Shown here one piece after another: positions 23,715 through 35,620 of a stretch of 64,000 nt of DNA; position 1 is the stretch's first letter, and each line of letters starts with the position of its first letter. The notes under the pieces are model-generated. The model made no database searches. It saw only the letters and a program-made list of their open reading frames with translations, and was not told the DNA's origin. Made by a program: the position numbers and the translations under genes. Origin of the DNA: Coniocarpon cinnabarinum (taxonomy: Eukaryota); contig JAVECO010000039.1 of assembly GCA_051942205.1 (NCBI GenBank), positions 62,001-126,000 on the forward strand, read 5' to 3'.

Positions 23715-25386
23715 TCACCATGCTGTAATATCCTCGACCTCAGCTTCACCAAAGACGCTACTCTTCGTAAGCTGGCCTGCATCACTCTCACCATTCTGCT
23801 CATTGATGTATTGCCCATCGTGGGTCCTGAGATTGCCCTCAGCGTCCACATCAAGCAGCTGTGGCCGTTTGTAGATGTGGGCAAGCTGTTCCTTGAGGAA
23901 GCCGGAGAGGTATGTGTTCACTTGCTGGAACTGCAACAAGAAAGCATCATGACCTTCCGGGCTGTCGATCTTTTCCAGTCTACTCTGAGGGATACCACGC
24001 GCGATCTCCTGCTGCTCAGCAAACGTGAAGAGGCCGTCGCTTTCTATACCAAGCACCAAGGTTGGCTGTTCGATCTTTGCAAGAGCATCTCGCACGGCAT
24101 GCTCCTGCTGCTGAGCACGCTCTTTTGCGTCTGAGGAAAGACCTTCTGGATGGAATATCGACGGCAAGGAACTGTGATAGCTGACGTCGTGTGTGTCAAG
24201 TTTTCGTGTCACTGCAATGTAGCAATTTGCGTCAAAGCGAGCATTGAACTTGTCTCGTTGGTATCGCAAGTAGCTTTGTGCAGAAAAATAGTGAGGTGTC
24301 GGCCTGTTCCTGGGACGTGCATCGATCTTCGTAGGCACCTCTGTAGTACCATGAAATTGAGGATCTGTTACATTCACAGTAAGCCCTTCTGTCAAAGGTT
24401 GGTCCAACTCCGTTGAAGGGGTCGCAGGCGAGCGTGGTGATCCGGCATTCCTGTGACCCTCGTTGTGTACTGCAAAATGATCAGTCGACGGCGTTGAGGG
24501 TCTTCCATTAGCAGAGTTCATTCCGTTCATGCCAGCCTTCTTGGCATTCACGGCGTTCGGCGTATTTCTCCCAAAGCGGCTCTCGAACGAGTCTCTAGAC
24601 CTGTAAGTGAGAAGTGCCTGCATCCTGGCCGCGCCTAGACCGTTTGTGGGCGGGTCATCGAAGCCATAGTACCCATCTTCGTATTTGGGATCAGAATAGA
24701 TACTTTGCCTTTGAGCTTCGCCCCAGCTTATGCACCACGCCGAGTGCGTTGCACTCGTGGCAATCGGGACAATGCACTTTACATAGTTTCTACCGAAGTA
24801 CGCAAACTCGAGCACGAGCATGCCACCCATAGATCCGCCGACTGCAGCAGCGATCTGTTTTACGCCAAGGTCATCTAGAAGGAGCTTAGAGAGTCGAACA
24901 TCGTCACGTATAGTCGTCAGCGGAAACTCAGGTCCGTAGCATCCGAGGCGGTCATCTCCGTCCTTGGCAGTGACCGGACTGGCTGTGCCATATGGAGACC
25001 CCAGACAGTTGATGCATACCACGAAAAAACGACTGATGTCGAACGCTCGTCCTGGACCACCAAGCAGAGGACCCCACCAGTCAGATACATCCGCGGAACC
25101 CGAGAGGGCATGACAAATCACCATGGCATTGTCACCCTCCGGAGACAATACGCCACGGGTGGTATAGGCCACTGGCACATTTCGCAATGTCTCGTCGGAC
25201 TCTAACGTGAATGTGGGGATGACCGCGAGGGTCTGCGACGGTATCATGCGCGAGTACGGATTACATGGTTGCGTCTGAATCCGTTCTATGTCTGATTAGC
25301 GACATGATGCGAAGCGTTCAAGGCTTCGCCCTCACGCGTGCACGGCGTGCTAGAGAGCACTTACGGTATTTTCCGGATGCGGGCAT
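23715..25386 (-). CDS. MET2: Homoserine O-acetyltransferase; 2 exons
   Basis: VICHALSGSADVSDWW, NCLGSPYGTASP, GGSMGG nucleophile elbow, GLGAARMQALLTYRS, SAQSYLRYQ, SDGLF, SPEGHDAFLL and the C-terminal SVFGEAEVEDITAW. Short first exon MPASGKY. Confidence 0.96.
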
Positions 25387-27949
25387 TACTTGGACGTAGA
25401 AAAATCTGGAACTTCTTGTTCTGACAGCTAAATCATCATAACGGTTCCAATTATAGGAGCATGTGGTCACAAGCTGGGTTATTATGGGAGGGTAGAATTT
25501 TCGTACTTCTTCAAAGCAGTACTCTGTGGTCCATTTGCAAAGCACGCAATTCGAATAGCATTTGCAAATTGTACATATGGCTAAGAATGACGAATGTTTT
25601 TTCCTGATACTCATAATATCAATACCTGGGCGACTCCGCATGCCAGGTTTGCACAGGTAGGGCTTCAAGGTCCGATGCCAAGCAATTCGCTCTGCAGCAA
25701 TTTTCCAATTAGGTACTTCTCCACTACGATAAAAAGCATATGACGACAGACTTGGGCAGCTGAGAACAGTTCTTTATGACGTGTGCCGTGGGAAAGACAG
25801 TCTTCTGAACCTGTCACATCCTCAATATTTCCGGCAGTGCAGCCTGTTGCGCAGCCATTAGAAGTGATCTTTTGGGTTACGTTGACTACAGCCATTGCTC
25901 ACTCGCAGAGAAGTGAGGTACTCAAGTGGTCAGTGCATTGATGCATTGTGGATGTATGTACTTACCTCGGATGGAGTGTTTAACGCTTAGAATCGCCACT
26001 ACGCATGCCTCCGTTGTCGGCATTGCAGAATGTCAGATCCGCGTGCAGTGTCTCTGATCTTGATGTTCCACATGCATAAACCTAAGAGTAGTTAACTCAA
26101 CAAGGACAGGGAAACGACACTGCGCCTCAATATCAGCAAACCTCGTACGAATGTGATACCTGTCGTGCATCGAGGCTTATCAGACTAGTCTGTACTCCGT
26201 AGCGGTCCGTGATACCCACAATTGGCCAACACGCGGATACCGACAAACGTTGTCACACAGGCTGCAAACGTTGCAATTGAGCAGGAAAAAAGATATCCAT
26301 CTAAGATGCTGCCCACATGATTCGAAAGAACAGTAAGCAACAAAAACGCAATTCATGTTCCTCGAACATGCCAGCGTACTGGCGTTAAACAACAATAACA
26401 ATTCTCACCGAAGTCGCGAGGGCTTATGTAATGCGCCGTGGGCATTTCGGCCGTCGCTTTCCTAAGCCAGCCAGTTTCTGTAAAAATTGTTGGGCGCTTT
26501 GGGAAAAGCGCTGACTTGGCGAGACAACGGGAAGGCTGTCTCAGAAGGACAACATGGAGGAACATGAGTTTTCCAAAACCCGTGACTCGCCGCTTGCGGT
26601 TGCGCAGGATGCGACATTGCCCACCAAGTCTCACAAGAGGCTTTGAGCGCTGCAACGTTGCGGCGCCTACACTGTGAGAGCTGGCAAGATCAAGCATTGT
26701 TTGCAAGCTCGCATGCAGGCGTCGAGATGGCGCGCAAAGCTCAGGGAAACATCTCTCGATCCGTGGACTAGCCCAGCCCGTCACGAGTCGCCCAGTCGGC
26801 AGGGCAGCGATGGCGTAGGCGGGAAGGGTTCACTATCAGCGGAGTAGCGGCCGTCTGGGCCAGCAAAGCAGAGCCGGCAGATGAGACTTCCGTGGCCACG
26901 AGGACGTGAAGGGTAGGGGGTCCTGCGTGAGGGGACGCGTCTCCGAAGGATTCCCTCGTGGGCAGAGGCGCGGAGGAGCGAGCGATGCAGGAATGCAGGC
27001 GAGCAGCAAGCTGGGCCTGAGTCGCACCAATGAGCCGTCGGCGGTCGGATGCGTGGCCGCACGTGGCCACCTCGTGATGGAACACAACGTGGCCGGAGGG
27101 CGAGTCCGTGTGGGTGGTGTGTCAGTGTGTCAGTGTGTCAGCCACTGCCTCGTCCGCCGCGACCCTTCCACTCGTCGACGCCGCCGAGCAGCCCGCCTTG
27201 CCTGCTGAGTTCTCGCCATTGCCGTGACGGCTGTTGGGCCGCGAGGGAGTCGCCCGCTCGCCCTCGCCGTCTTGAGAGAGCTCGCGTGGTAGGTTCAGGA
27301 GCGATCGTCGCACGGTGGTCCCTCGACTGTCCGCAAGCAAAAGCTCTGCGCTCCACCAGCCCACCCTCCGATCTGCGCTGACGCACGCTGCGCGCCCTCG
27401 AGATCCCAGTTTTCCACTTTTTCTCGCTCGAGCAGCACGCGGAGACGAGCAACCCAGCACAGCCCCGCCCGAAGATCGCGCCCGATCCAACGCACGTTGT
27501 AACTTGTCTGCCACCGTGGGCGACCATTCCCTCCGCTTTTCCTGCGCCCCTGCTCGCCCGCCGGCTTCAGCAACCTGCACGCTGCACGCTGCACACCCTG
27601 CAGGCCACCACCGCCCATCAGCTCCCACGACTCGCGATCAGCACTAGCATCGGCGCCCACCCCTCAAGCTTTGGCTGGAGACTGGTTTTCGGCCACGCTT
27701 CCACCCTCACGCCGACCGCCGAGTCACCACCACTGTGTGTAAAACTTCGTCGTGGGCGTGGGCGTGGGCGTGCACGGCGCACTGGTGCCTCGAAATCCCG
27801 CGCGAACCCTCTCCCGCGCCTAATCCCGTCCTGACTCTTGCCCTGTTTCGCTCCACTACCGCAAGGCCCGCCTGACGTTCTCCTCTTAATAATCCCTTTT
27901 TAGCCTGGCCGACCGTCGTTTCTATTTTCCTCTCACTTCTTTCCCCCTC

Positions 27950-28486
27950 ATGATGCGTCGTTCGCTCGAGTCTTCACGTCCTATGATACCAAAGGTATGT
28001 CCATACTTTTTCCTCCCTCCTATCCACGGCGCCAAGGGGCACTTCCCTGCACCCTCCCGAATCGTCTCCGCCTGCCCTTCTCCCTTGTCAGCGCTCTAGA
28101 CTAACTTGTTTCCTTTGCCCCTGTAGAGAGGAGACGCCACCAGTGTACGCGCATCCACTCGATTTTCCACGTACAGCGCCGCCACCTCCGAATCCACATA
28201 CACTGAAAAGTGCAATTCTGTTTACCACACCGATCGACCTCTCGTCTCCGGTATGACGACCAGTGGCAGCGACCCCAGCGACATTAGCAAATACAAGTCC
28301 GGTATCGATCGCATGGAGAGCAAGCGATTAAACGATCAACGTTACGTCCCTAGTTCGGAAAAGGAACTCGACATGGACAAGGCGGCAGTGCTTGGCCGAG
28401 TACAGAAGGCGCTGGATCGCCGATATTCCGGCCAGGACTGCGAGATGAAGCCGCGCAAACCCAAGCAAGGCGAGAAAAGCGGATGA
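27950..28486 (+). CDS. Small hypothetical fungal protein (~134 aa); 2 exons
   Basis: ATG at 27950 and a canonical intron 27995-28126 (gtatgt...ctaac...tag) that joins in frame to the 28253-28486 ORF (QRYVPSSEK...ALDRRYSGQD). Pyrimidine-rich leader upstream. Confidence 0.75.
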
Positions 28487-29809
28487 CAGTCATTTCGACC
28501 ACTATCTGTCGCATACTAGAGTTTGACGGATGTCAAGCCCGTCCTAATCTTGAGAGGCATCTCTCGCCAATCGCGAGTCTATGAGTGGCCGACGCACAAC
28601 GAGTATGGATACCCTTTGGTGCAATATAATCTGCACTTGTCTGCCGGATGAACGAAGGAGTTGGTGGTTTCCCCTAGATCGTCCTGGAGCGCAGGCTGTG
28701 CTCCAATGGGGGCGTAGGAGACGCAGGGACCCCATTGGAGAAGGCCGTTTCCGACCAGGATGGGCGCAGCTCAACAGCACTTCGGGCGCTTTGGGAAGAC
28801 TTTACGACATAAAGAGCATTTGAGCAATTTGAGCAGATACAAGACATGATCAGAATCATTAGCAAAGCATTTCGATGTACGACATTGTTGCCTTGCAGCC
28901 GTGCCCATCGCTAGTAACTCGCCTGCAGCACAATCTGCACCCGGAACTCGGCTGCATCCTGCACGTCCGCGCCGTGTCAGTCAGGTGGAACGCTTTGGCA
29001 CAAGCACGGTTTTCGATGGACTTTTTTCAGTGTTTGGGCGCAGGGAATGTCCCCCCGTGTCATAGCAAGCAAACCAACTGTAAGACTTTCCAAAACTGCA
29101 GCGTGTCTTCTACTTTGTCCTTCACAGACCGCGACCAATGATTAACAGCGCAGGATCGCAGCTCTGCGTGGCGACAATACTCGTGACCCTGCCTGCGGTT
29201 GTTAATTTTCCCCTGAATTGTGGCAGTGGATTAAACAGCGTCTCCGCAGCGTGGTTGTGCCAGGAAACCCGAAATTGTAGGCATCTTCGGTTCTTCGCGT
29301 TTTCATTTCACGACGCACCTCGCAGGCTCACTTCCATCACAGCCAACCCATTACTTTTTCATCTTTTCACCTTGAGCCAACGTCGACGGCCTCCACTGAT
29401 TCCCACTCACGCCAAACAAAGCCCTTGCGCACTTCTACCTGATACCTTACGTTCGACATTTGTCTATATCCTACTTCATTCTCTTCGCTCACGCCGTGTG
29501 GAGAAATCCTTTGAGCGTGCCTTGTTATCAGTCTTAGTATCTGTTCAGTTCGCGTTCCAGCGTCAGCGCGTCCCTCATTTCGCATTCTGCAATATAATTT
29601 GTATGTTGCAAGCCCCTCTCCAAGGCTACTCTTGTTGACTCTTGCTCAGGAATCTTCACACCGCGTCAACTCGCCCTGCGCAGGAGTCTTAATTTGACTT
29701 CCTGTTTCCGTCATTCTTCAGTGACATAGCTTTCTAGAGCAACCAAATACCTCGTCGCGATCCCTTAAACAACCTACACTTCACCTTGAATCGAGTTCCG
29801 ATTTCGAAT

Positions 29810-31593
29810 ATGGCTACTGAACAAGCTAGTCTTCCTGTCAATGGAAACTTCATACCATCTCAACAACCTCCTTACGATCTGGCGATGCCACACAGTGGAG
29901 TGCATAGCTCTGCTAACTCCATCTCCGCTGCCGCTCCCGACTATGCAGCTGCTTCAGCACCTCAACAGACAGGCACCGATCTGTCTAAGGATGAAGTTGG
30001 CTGGTACTTTGTCGAGCAATACTACACAACTATGAGCAAGAGTCCCGAGAAGCTATACGTAAGCGCACTATCGCATTACGGCTCGCGAAGCTGTACTGAT
30101 ATTCTGCAGCTTTTCTACAACAAGCGCTCCCAGTTTGTTTCGGGCTCCGAAACCGAGCGACTTGATGTTTGCGTCGGGCAGAAAGCCATCAACGATCGTA
30201 TCAAGGACCTCAATATCCAGGACTGCAAAGTCCGAGTGACTAATGTCGATGCCCAGGGTTCTGGGCAAAACATAGTCATTCAAGTCATTGGAGAAATGTC
30301 GACCAAGAAACAGCCGCAGCGAAAGTTCACACAAACCTTTGTGCTCGCCGAGCAGACGAATGGTTACTTCGTGCTGAATGACATCTTCCGGTACATTGTG
30401 GACGATGACGAAGAGATTGAAGGCGAGGAAGTTAATCGCACAGCTAATGAGGTGTCGACTGGCTACCAGGAGCCGATTCACAGCGTTGCACCTGACGCAG
30501 AGCCTCACACTTTGACCAACTCCCAAGATCCAACGGAGAGGGAACACGAGGCTCAATTGGTTGACCAAGGTCTGCACGACTCTACGCCCGAGAGTCAGTT
30601 GGCTGCTGCGCCCGAGTCTCCTCCAGCTGGAGCCGTGAACGGTGACGGAGCTCCAGTACCTGAAAAGGTGCAGCCTGCAGAAGATACAGCTGCCGCTGCT
30701 ACCGTTGCCGACGGTGAGGTTGGCGCAGACACCAACCCCACTCAGGATGAAGCAATTGCTACTGAAGAGATCAAGCAACCCGAGAAGCCTCCTGCTCCAG
30801 AACCTACCCCTGCTGCATCACCACCCAAGCAGAGACCCGCGCAGCCCGCCGTAGCACCTGCGCCAGTCGTCCCCAAAACTTGGGCCACTATGGCTGCTGC
30901 CGCTAATCGATCCAACGCTCCCCTGGCTGCACCGTCTCAGTCTCCGGCGCCACCCGCTCAAGCCCCAAACAAAACAACGCCACAGGTTGCGCAGCCCCCA
31001 CCGGCAGCGCCTGCAGCTCCGAGCGTCGCACCATCCGTTGCTCAAGATTCGGAGCAGCCTGCGACACCAGTTTCTTCGGGCTCTGAGTGGCAGACCGCTG
31101 CCCGCGATCATGGGAAGAAACAGCCGCGTCCCCAGTCCGGCGCTCCTACAGTGCCTCCTGACAACAGTCGCGCATACATGAAAAACATTGGTGAGAACAT
31201 CACGACTGATATGATTCGTACAGAGCTTTCTCAGTACGGCGAGCTCACGTACTGCGACATCAACCGACAGAAGGTAAGTTCTCCTAAGTCAGTCATTGGT
31301 AGCATCCCGGTTCTCTGACAAGAAGCAATTAGCAATGCGCCTTCGCCGACTTCGCGACCCCGGCCGCTTATCAGGCCGCTGTGGGCGCCAACCCACACGA
31401 AATCGGTGGAGAGCGCGTCATTGTTGAAGAACGCCGCATTCGTCCGCAGAGTTTTGGAGGATTTGGCCAGCGCGGCGGAGGCATTGGTCCCCGTGGTAGG
31501 GGCAACTTTCCGAAGGACGGCGGACGAGGCAACTTTGCTGGCCGAGGACGAGGTGGCGCGCCTCGCGGACGTGGAGTCAGCCAGGCTGCGTAG
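29810..31593 (+). CDS. NTF2 + RRM + RGG protein, G3BP/Bre5/Nxt3 family; 3 coding exons plus a probable 5'UTR intron (~29601-29649)
   Basis: DEVGWYFVEQYYTTMSKSPEKLY|LFYNKRSQFV...IVIQVIGEMS...KFTQTFVLAEQTNGYFVLNDIFRY; Pro-rich linker with PKTWA; RRM ...DINRQK|QCAFADF...VEERR; RGG tail. Confidence 0.95.
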
Positions 31594-32669
31594 CGCTCCT
31601 TTTGCCACACCAGCTCTAGGCTTGCTTCTTTCGACCAAAGCAGGGCGCTGCTCTCTAGCGTCTCTGATAATCTGCTCTAATCTCCACGGTCCCACAGCTT
31701 CTTTCTCCTGGCCCTCGACGCCTGTATATCAGTTTTCAGCATAGCATTACAGTTCCGCGAGCTCTAGGTACCTCCCTCGACGCCCCTGTGTATTAATGGC
31801 ATTGCAGTTCTCAGTGGCGTCACGGTCTGCGGCATTCTTTGTGGCATTCACGGGAAAAGTTTGCATAGGAGCTCGGTGGAGTGGTAGCGAAATGGCGGGA
31901 GCGTGGATATACTGCACTGTAATTTGCGAAGGCGCTCGATGGCTGAACAAGGATCTGCTTGCAGATAGCGCAATGAATTGAGAATGTTAATATTACGTCT
32001 TTGGGGTGTTTGACTGACTCGACTGCAGAGGATTGGAGGCAGGAGCGGCCCGCCTGGTATAACATGTTTCACAGGGTTGCACTTTGGTCTATCTTCTGCT
32101 TGCTTTCTTACCAGACTGCTGACCACTGAAGTCAATACAATGTGTTCCCTAGGTTTATCCGATATGTGGCCGCCACTTGGCTGACACGCAGAATATCCAC
32201 AGAAATCACGGGCTCTGCTTTGGCCCCATTGCTCAACGCGAGATAGGAAATGGCCTCTGTTTCAACTGTAAGCCCTAAGCCCGAGCAATCACTACGCGCA
32301 AGCTCGCAGGATGGAGTTTACAATCTATTGTCGGTGAATGATTACGAACCATTTTCAAGTGAGCTTTGTATACCATGGCGGACTTCTTAAGAATGCACAC
32401 CATCACTCGGAGGGTGGCCAGCGCTGCGTCGCTCGCTTTCTACTTCCAGAGTCAGCCACGAACAAGCTGACGAAGACGGGACCCAGCGTCTCACGTTCAT
32501 GCAACGTCACGGGCTATAGAACTTTGGACACTTGTGCTTATAGGAGACCTTTTCTGAGACCCTGTCACGAGTAAGCACTGGCTGCCATGTGTCATCCTCA
32601 TGCGCCGTTACAAAATGCTCGGTGTTTCTCCAAGCTCGAGGCATCCAACGCTCCAATCCCATTTGCACT

Positions 32670-33321
32670 ATGGGCAGTGCTTTCGAAGACAACAGCGAGG
32701 CACATCTCCAATTCGTCAGGAACCTCTTCAGCCCCCAAGCCGTCAAAGCCGCCATCGAGAATCCCAAAGAAGGCGTGCATCTCAATGAGCAGCTCTTCAC
32801 GACGAACCGCCAGGAGGGCATGCGCAGGTTCACGAGGGAAGAGGGACACCTGTTTGAACACGATCCGCGCACCATGGAATGGCTGAAGTCATGCGACATC
32901 CGGAAGTTCAATGATCACTTTATTAGGCCTGCAGCTGCGTGGTTCATTCGAGGCAACTCGCAGAAAATCACCGAGGATTGTGACGGACAGCCGACGGACG
33001 TCTTTTGCATGTGCGTATCTCTCTATTCAACAGCTTTTCACACTATCTAGACAAAGTTCTCTTCGCCGGGCCCTCTTCGGAAACATGAAAGTGTCGTGGC
33101 CCGCTAACGTGTCCAATCAGATTCGTACCGAGTTCAGACCAGTGGCGCTTCCACGTCTTCCACCGCCATCACGGCGTTCCGTCGGGTTTCGCCAAAATGC
33201 TTCCCTTCAAAATGTTCAAGCATTCCGAGTTCTCCATGCCGCACTCGCTGCTTGTCACCGCAGCCGCACAACAGCTGACCGCCGAACTTGGCGAAGGCTC
33301 CGATGCCAATGCACATCTTGA
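32670..33321 (+). CDS. Possible hypothetical protein; 3' structure uncertain
   Basis: The ORF reads like protein (MGSAFEDNSEAHLQFVRNLFSP...KFNDHFIRPAAAWFIRG). A weak intron at about 33011-33050 could join it to the downstream frame. No family recognised. Confidence 0.35.
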
Positions 33322-33959
33322 CGTGCGCGCGGATCCGAATGTCGTGTTGCAGGAGCCTCAGCAGCCCCGGCATCGGAGGATCATGCCTCGAGCGGGACAG
33401 CCGAGCTCATCTAGAGGTGCGGTGGGATGATTGAGTATTCTCCAGCGCAGCCAAGGTAATGAGTCGCATTAGGGGCATCTGTGGAGCAAGTTCTTTGTAC
33501 TTTCCGCGAGATGCGAAAGCGGTCGAGGCAGCGCAGGGACGACAGAGCGCATAACATTTCACGACTGCAGAGAGACGAATGTCGATTTTCTAAGGAGTCG
33601 CGGGCGTTATATGGCGTTTCGCGGGCAGATTCGAGATTGCCCTGCAACGAGAGCCACGACACCTCTCGGAACGGAACCTCGCGTCTGACGCAGGATGGCA
33701 AATACGCACTGAGCATGCGAGTCCCGCAGACACCCATTAGTGGTCATCCAACACCATAGCATCAACGCCCACTTAGTTCTCAAGAACGGAACGGGAGGGT
33801 CCCTCGCCGCTCAAACGGCCCTGCGGATCCCGTAAATCGATCGTGGAGGACTCTCCTACGGCAAATGCTACATCTTTGTTTTAGCAGGCCCCAGCTATGC
33901 TTGTATTATGCAGAGCAGGCGTCGATTAGGAGGGATGGGACTAGCTGCTTGGAAGGGAG

Positions 33960-34311
33960 GCTATCCTCGAGCCCAAGAACCTCGTTGAATATGCATTAAA
34001 CGCCAATCGAAACGCGCAACTCAGCCTTTTAGAATGCATTTTATAAGCCGACCTTGCTATTTCAGATTATACCGCTTGTTTAGCATTTAAGTCCTATATC
34101 TAATAATAAAAACTAAATTAATATTAAAAAGGGTTTATAAAGTCCCTGGGCTGGCTGGCTAGCTGACTGGCTCAAGGTGTAGCTATCCTCGAGCGCAAGA
34201 GCTCTGCGAGTCCGCATTAGACGCTCGTTGACACGCGCATCTCATCTTTGTGTTACGCTTGAATGCACTAGGATTTGCTCGATTAAAGCCCATCGCTCGC
34301 TTAGCACTTAT
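33960..34311. repeat. Diverged ~130-bp direct repeat pair (33960-34090 and 34182-34311) separated by a spacer containing an AT-rich tract
   Basis: Colinear anchors GCTATCCTCGAGC-CAAGA, GCATTA-ACGC, ACGCGCA-CTCA and CGCT-G-TTAGCA-TTA occur at matching offsets. Confidence 0.75.
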
Positions 34312-35620
34312 TCAAATGTATATGACACGCGCACCAAGTCAAGAAAGATGTCAGTCGTCGGAAACAAGTTCACTGATCATGTCTACTAATCAAACTCCAA
34401 AGATACAGGTCTTCTTTAGTGGAGAGACGTAATGGAGTAATGGATCGAATGCTTGAAACACGGGCTACTCTATAAAAGGGGAGGCCAAGCAGGAGTGGAG
34501 GAACGTATGGAGACAGAATGGGCGATGTTCCTTAGTTGGTGGGCCTATTGGCAGCTTCACACAAGGCTTGAGAGATATAACCGAAGTAGAGCGAGTAGTG
34601 CTTGAGCCAAAATATGAACTTGAAGAAGTACAGTGAGAGCTTTCTCAGATGTGGATAGGCCTTTAGAATGAAGACGACGCGTTGTGTAATTGTTAACTAT
34701 CGTGTCTGTCTGATTGATGTCATGGCGCTGGGTCGCTGTAAGGTAAAGACTTGAGTGACAGCTGCAAGGTACATTACATGCTTATGATGACGACGGATCA
34801 AGACGATGTGGAACACAGGCGAGAAGCCGCATGAGGATGTTGGACTAGAAGTGTCAATTGTTTAGTATTGCGATTTCGTAAACATTGCCACATCGCTATT
34901 GCGCTAAGCTGAAGTTGAGCAGCCGTTCGAACATCCGTAACGCGTGATGGTCATCCTTGGTAATTTCGACCTGGTCGTGCATGCAAAGGCACAGAGGGAG
35001 CGCCTGGTGAGAAATTTACTGCTAATGCACGTCCGCTCTTTATTCTCAGGAGAACACCAGGATCCTACGGTGTTATCAATGTGTTGTAAATCGCAGATGA
35101 CAGATGTAGGTTCTTCAGATGAATTTCGCCGCACGGCGCGTGGCTCGAGTATGACCTCATATGGCTGTTCAATTCACGTGGTTGGGCTGGCTGGACAAGC
35201 AGAATATGCTGAGAGCAGGGGACCTTTCACTGCAATTTCGATAACGTGTCCCCTATCTGTCTCTTGTAGACGTGGACATCTTTCAGAGAGCGGAGCGACA
35301 TATCGAGGCCTCGTCGTGATGAGGTCGCATGATTGGAATTCGTACGAGTGTCCTCGCCCGAAGCGGATGGATAGGACGAAACAATGAGCTTACTCGACAC
35401 GATGTCTGTCCAATGTGATCGTACTGGTTGATGGATCTTGACCCGCCAAAGGCTTGATGCCTCCCTGAATCTTTTTCGACTTAGATGTGGTAACCGACGG
35501 CCTTGTACTAATATGTCTCGGGAGACTGCGGTTCAGTGGTCTCGAGATGCACCAATTGTCGTCTTGGAATCCTTCAGAACGTCATGAGAAGCTGGCCGTA
35601 AGGCCAGATTCGATAAACAC

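Noticed and set aside
26350..27700. Many overlapping 80-170 aa ORFs in GC-rich DNA (also 14400-15830 and 53560-54000)
   Set aside because: Expected from low stop-codon density in GC-rich promoter or leader regions; the translations are not protein-like
35314..35385. TGATGAG...GAAAC, suggestive of a hammerhead ribozyme or C/D snoRNA
   Set aside because: It lacks the CTGATGA core and supporting stems, and has no terminal CTGA D box
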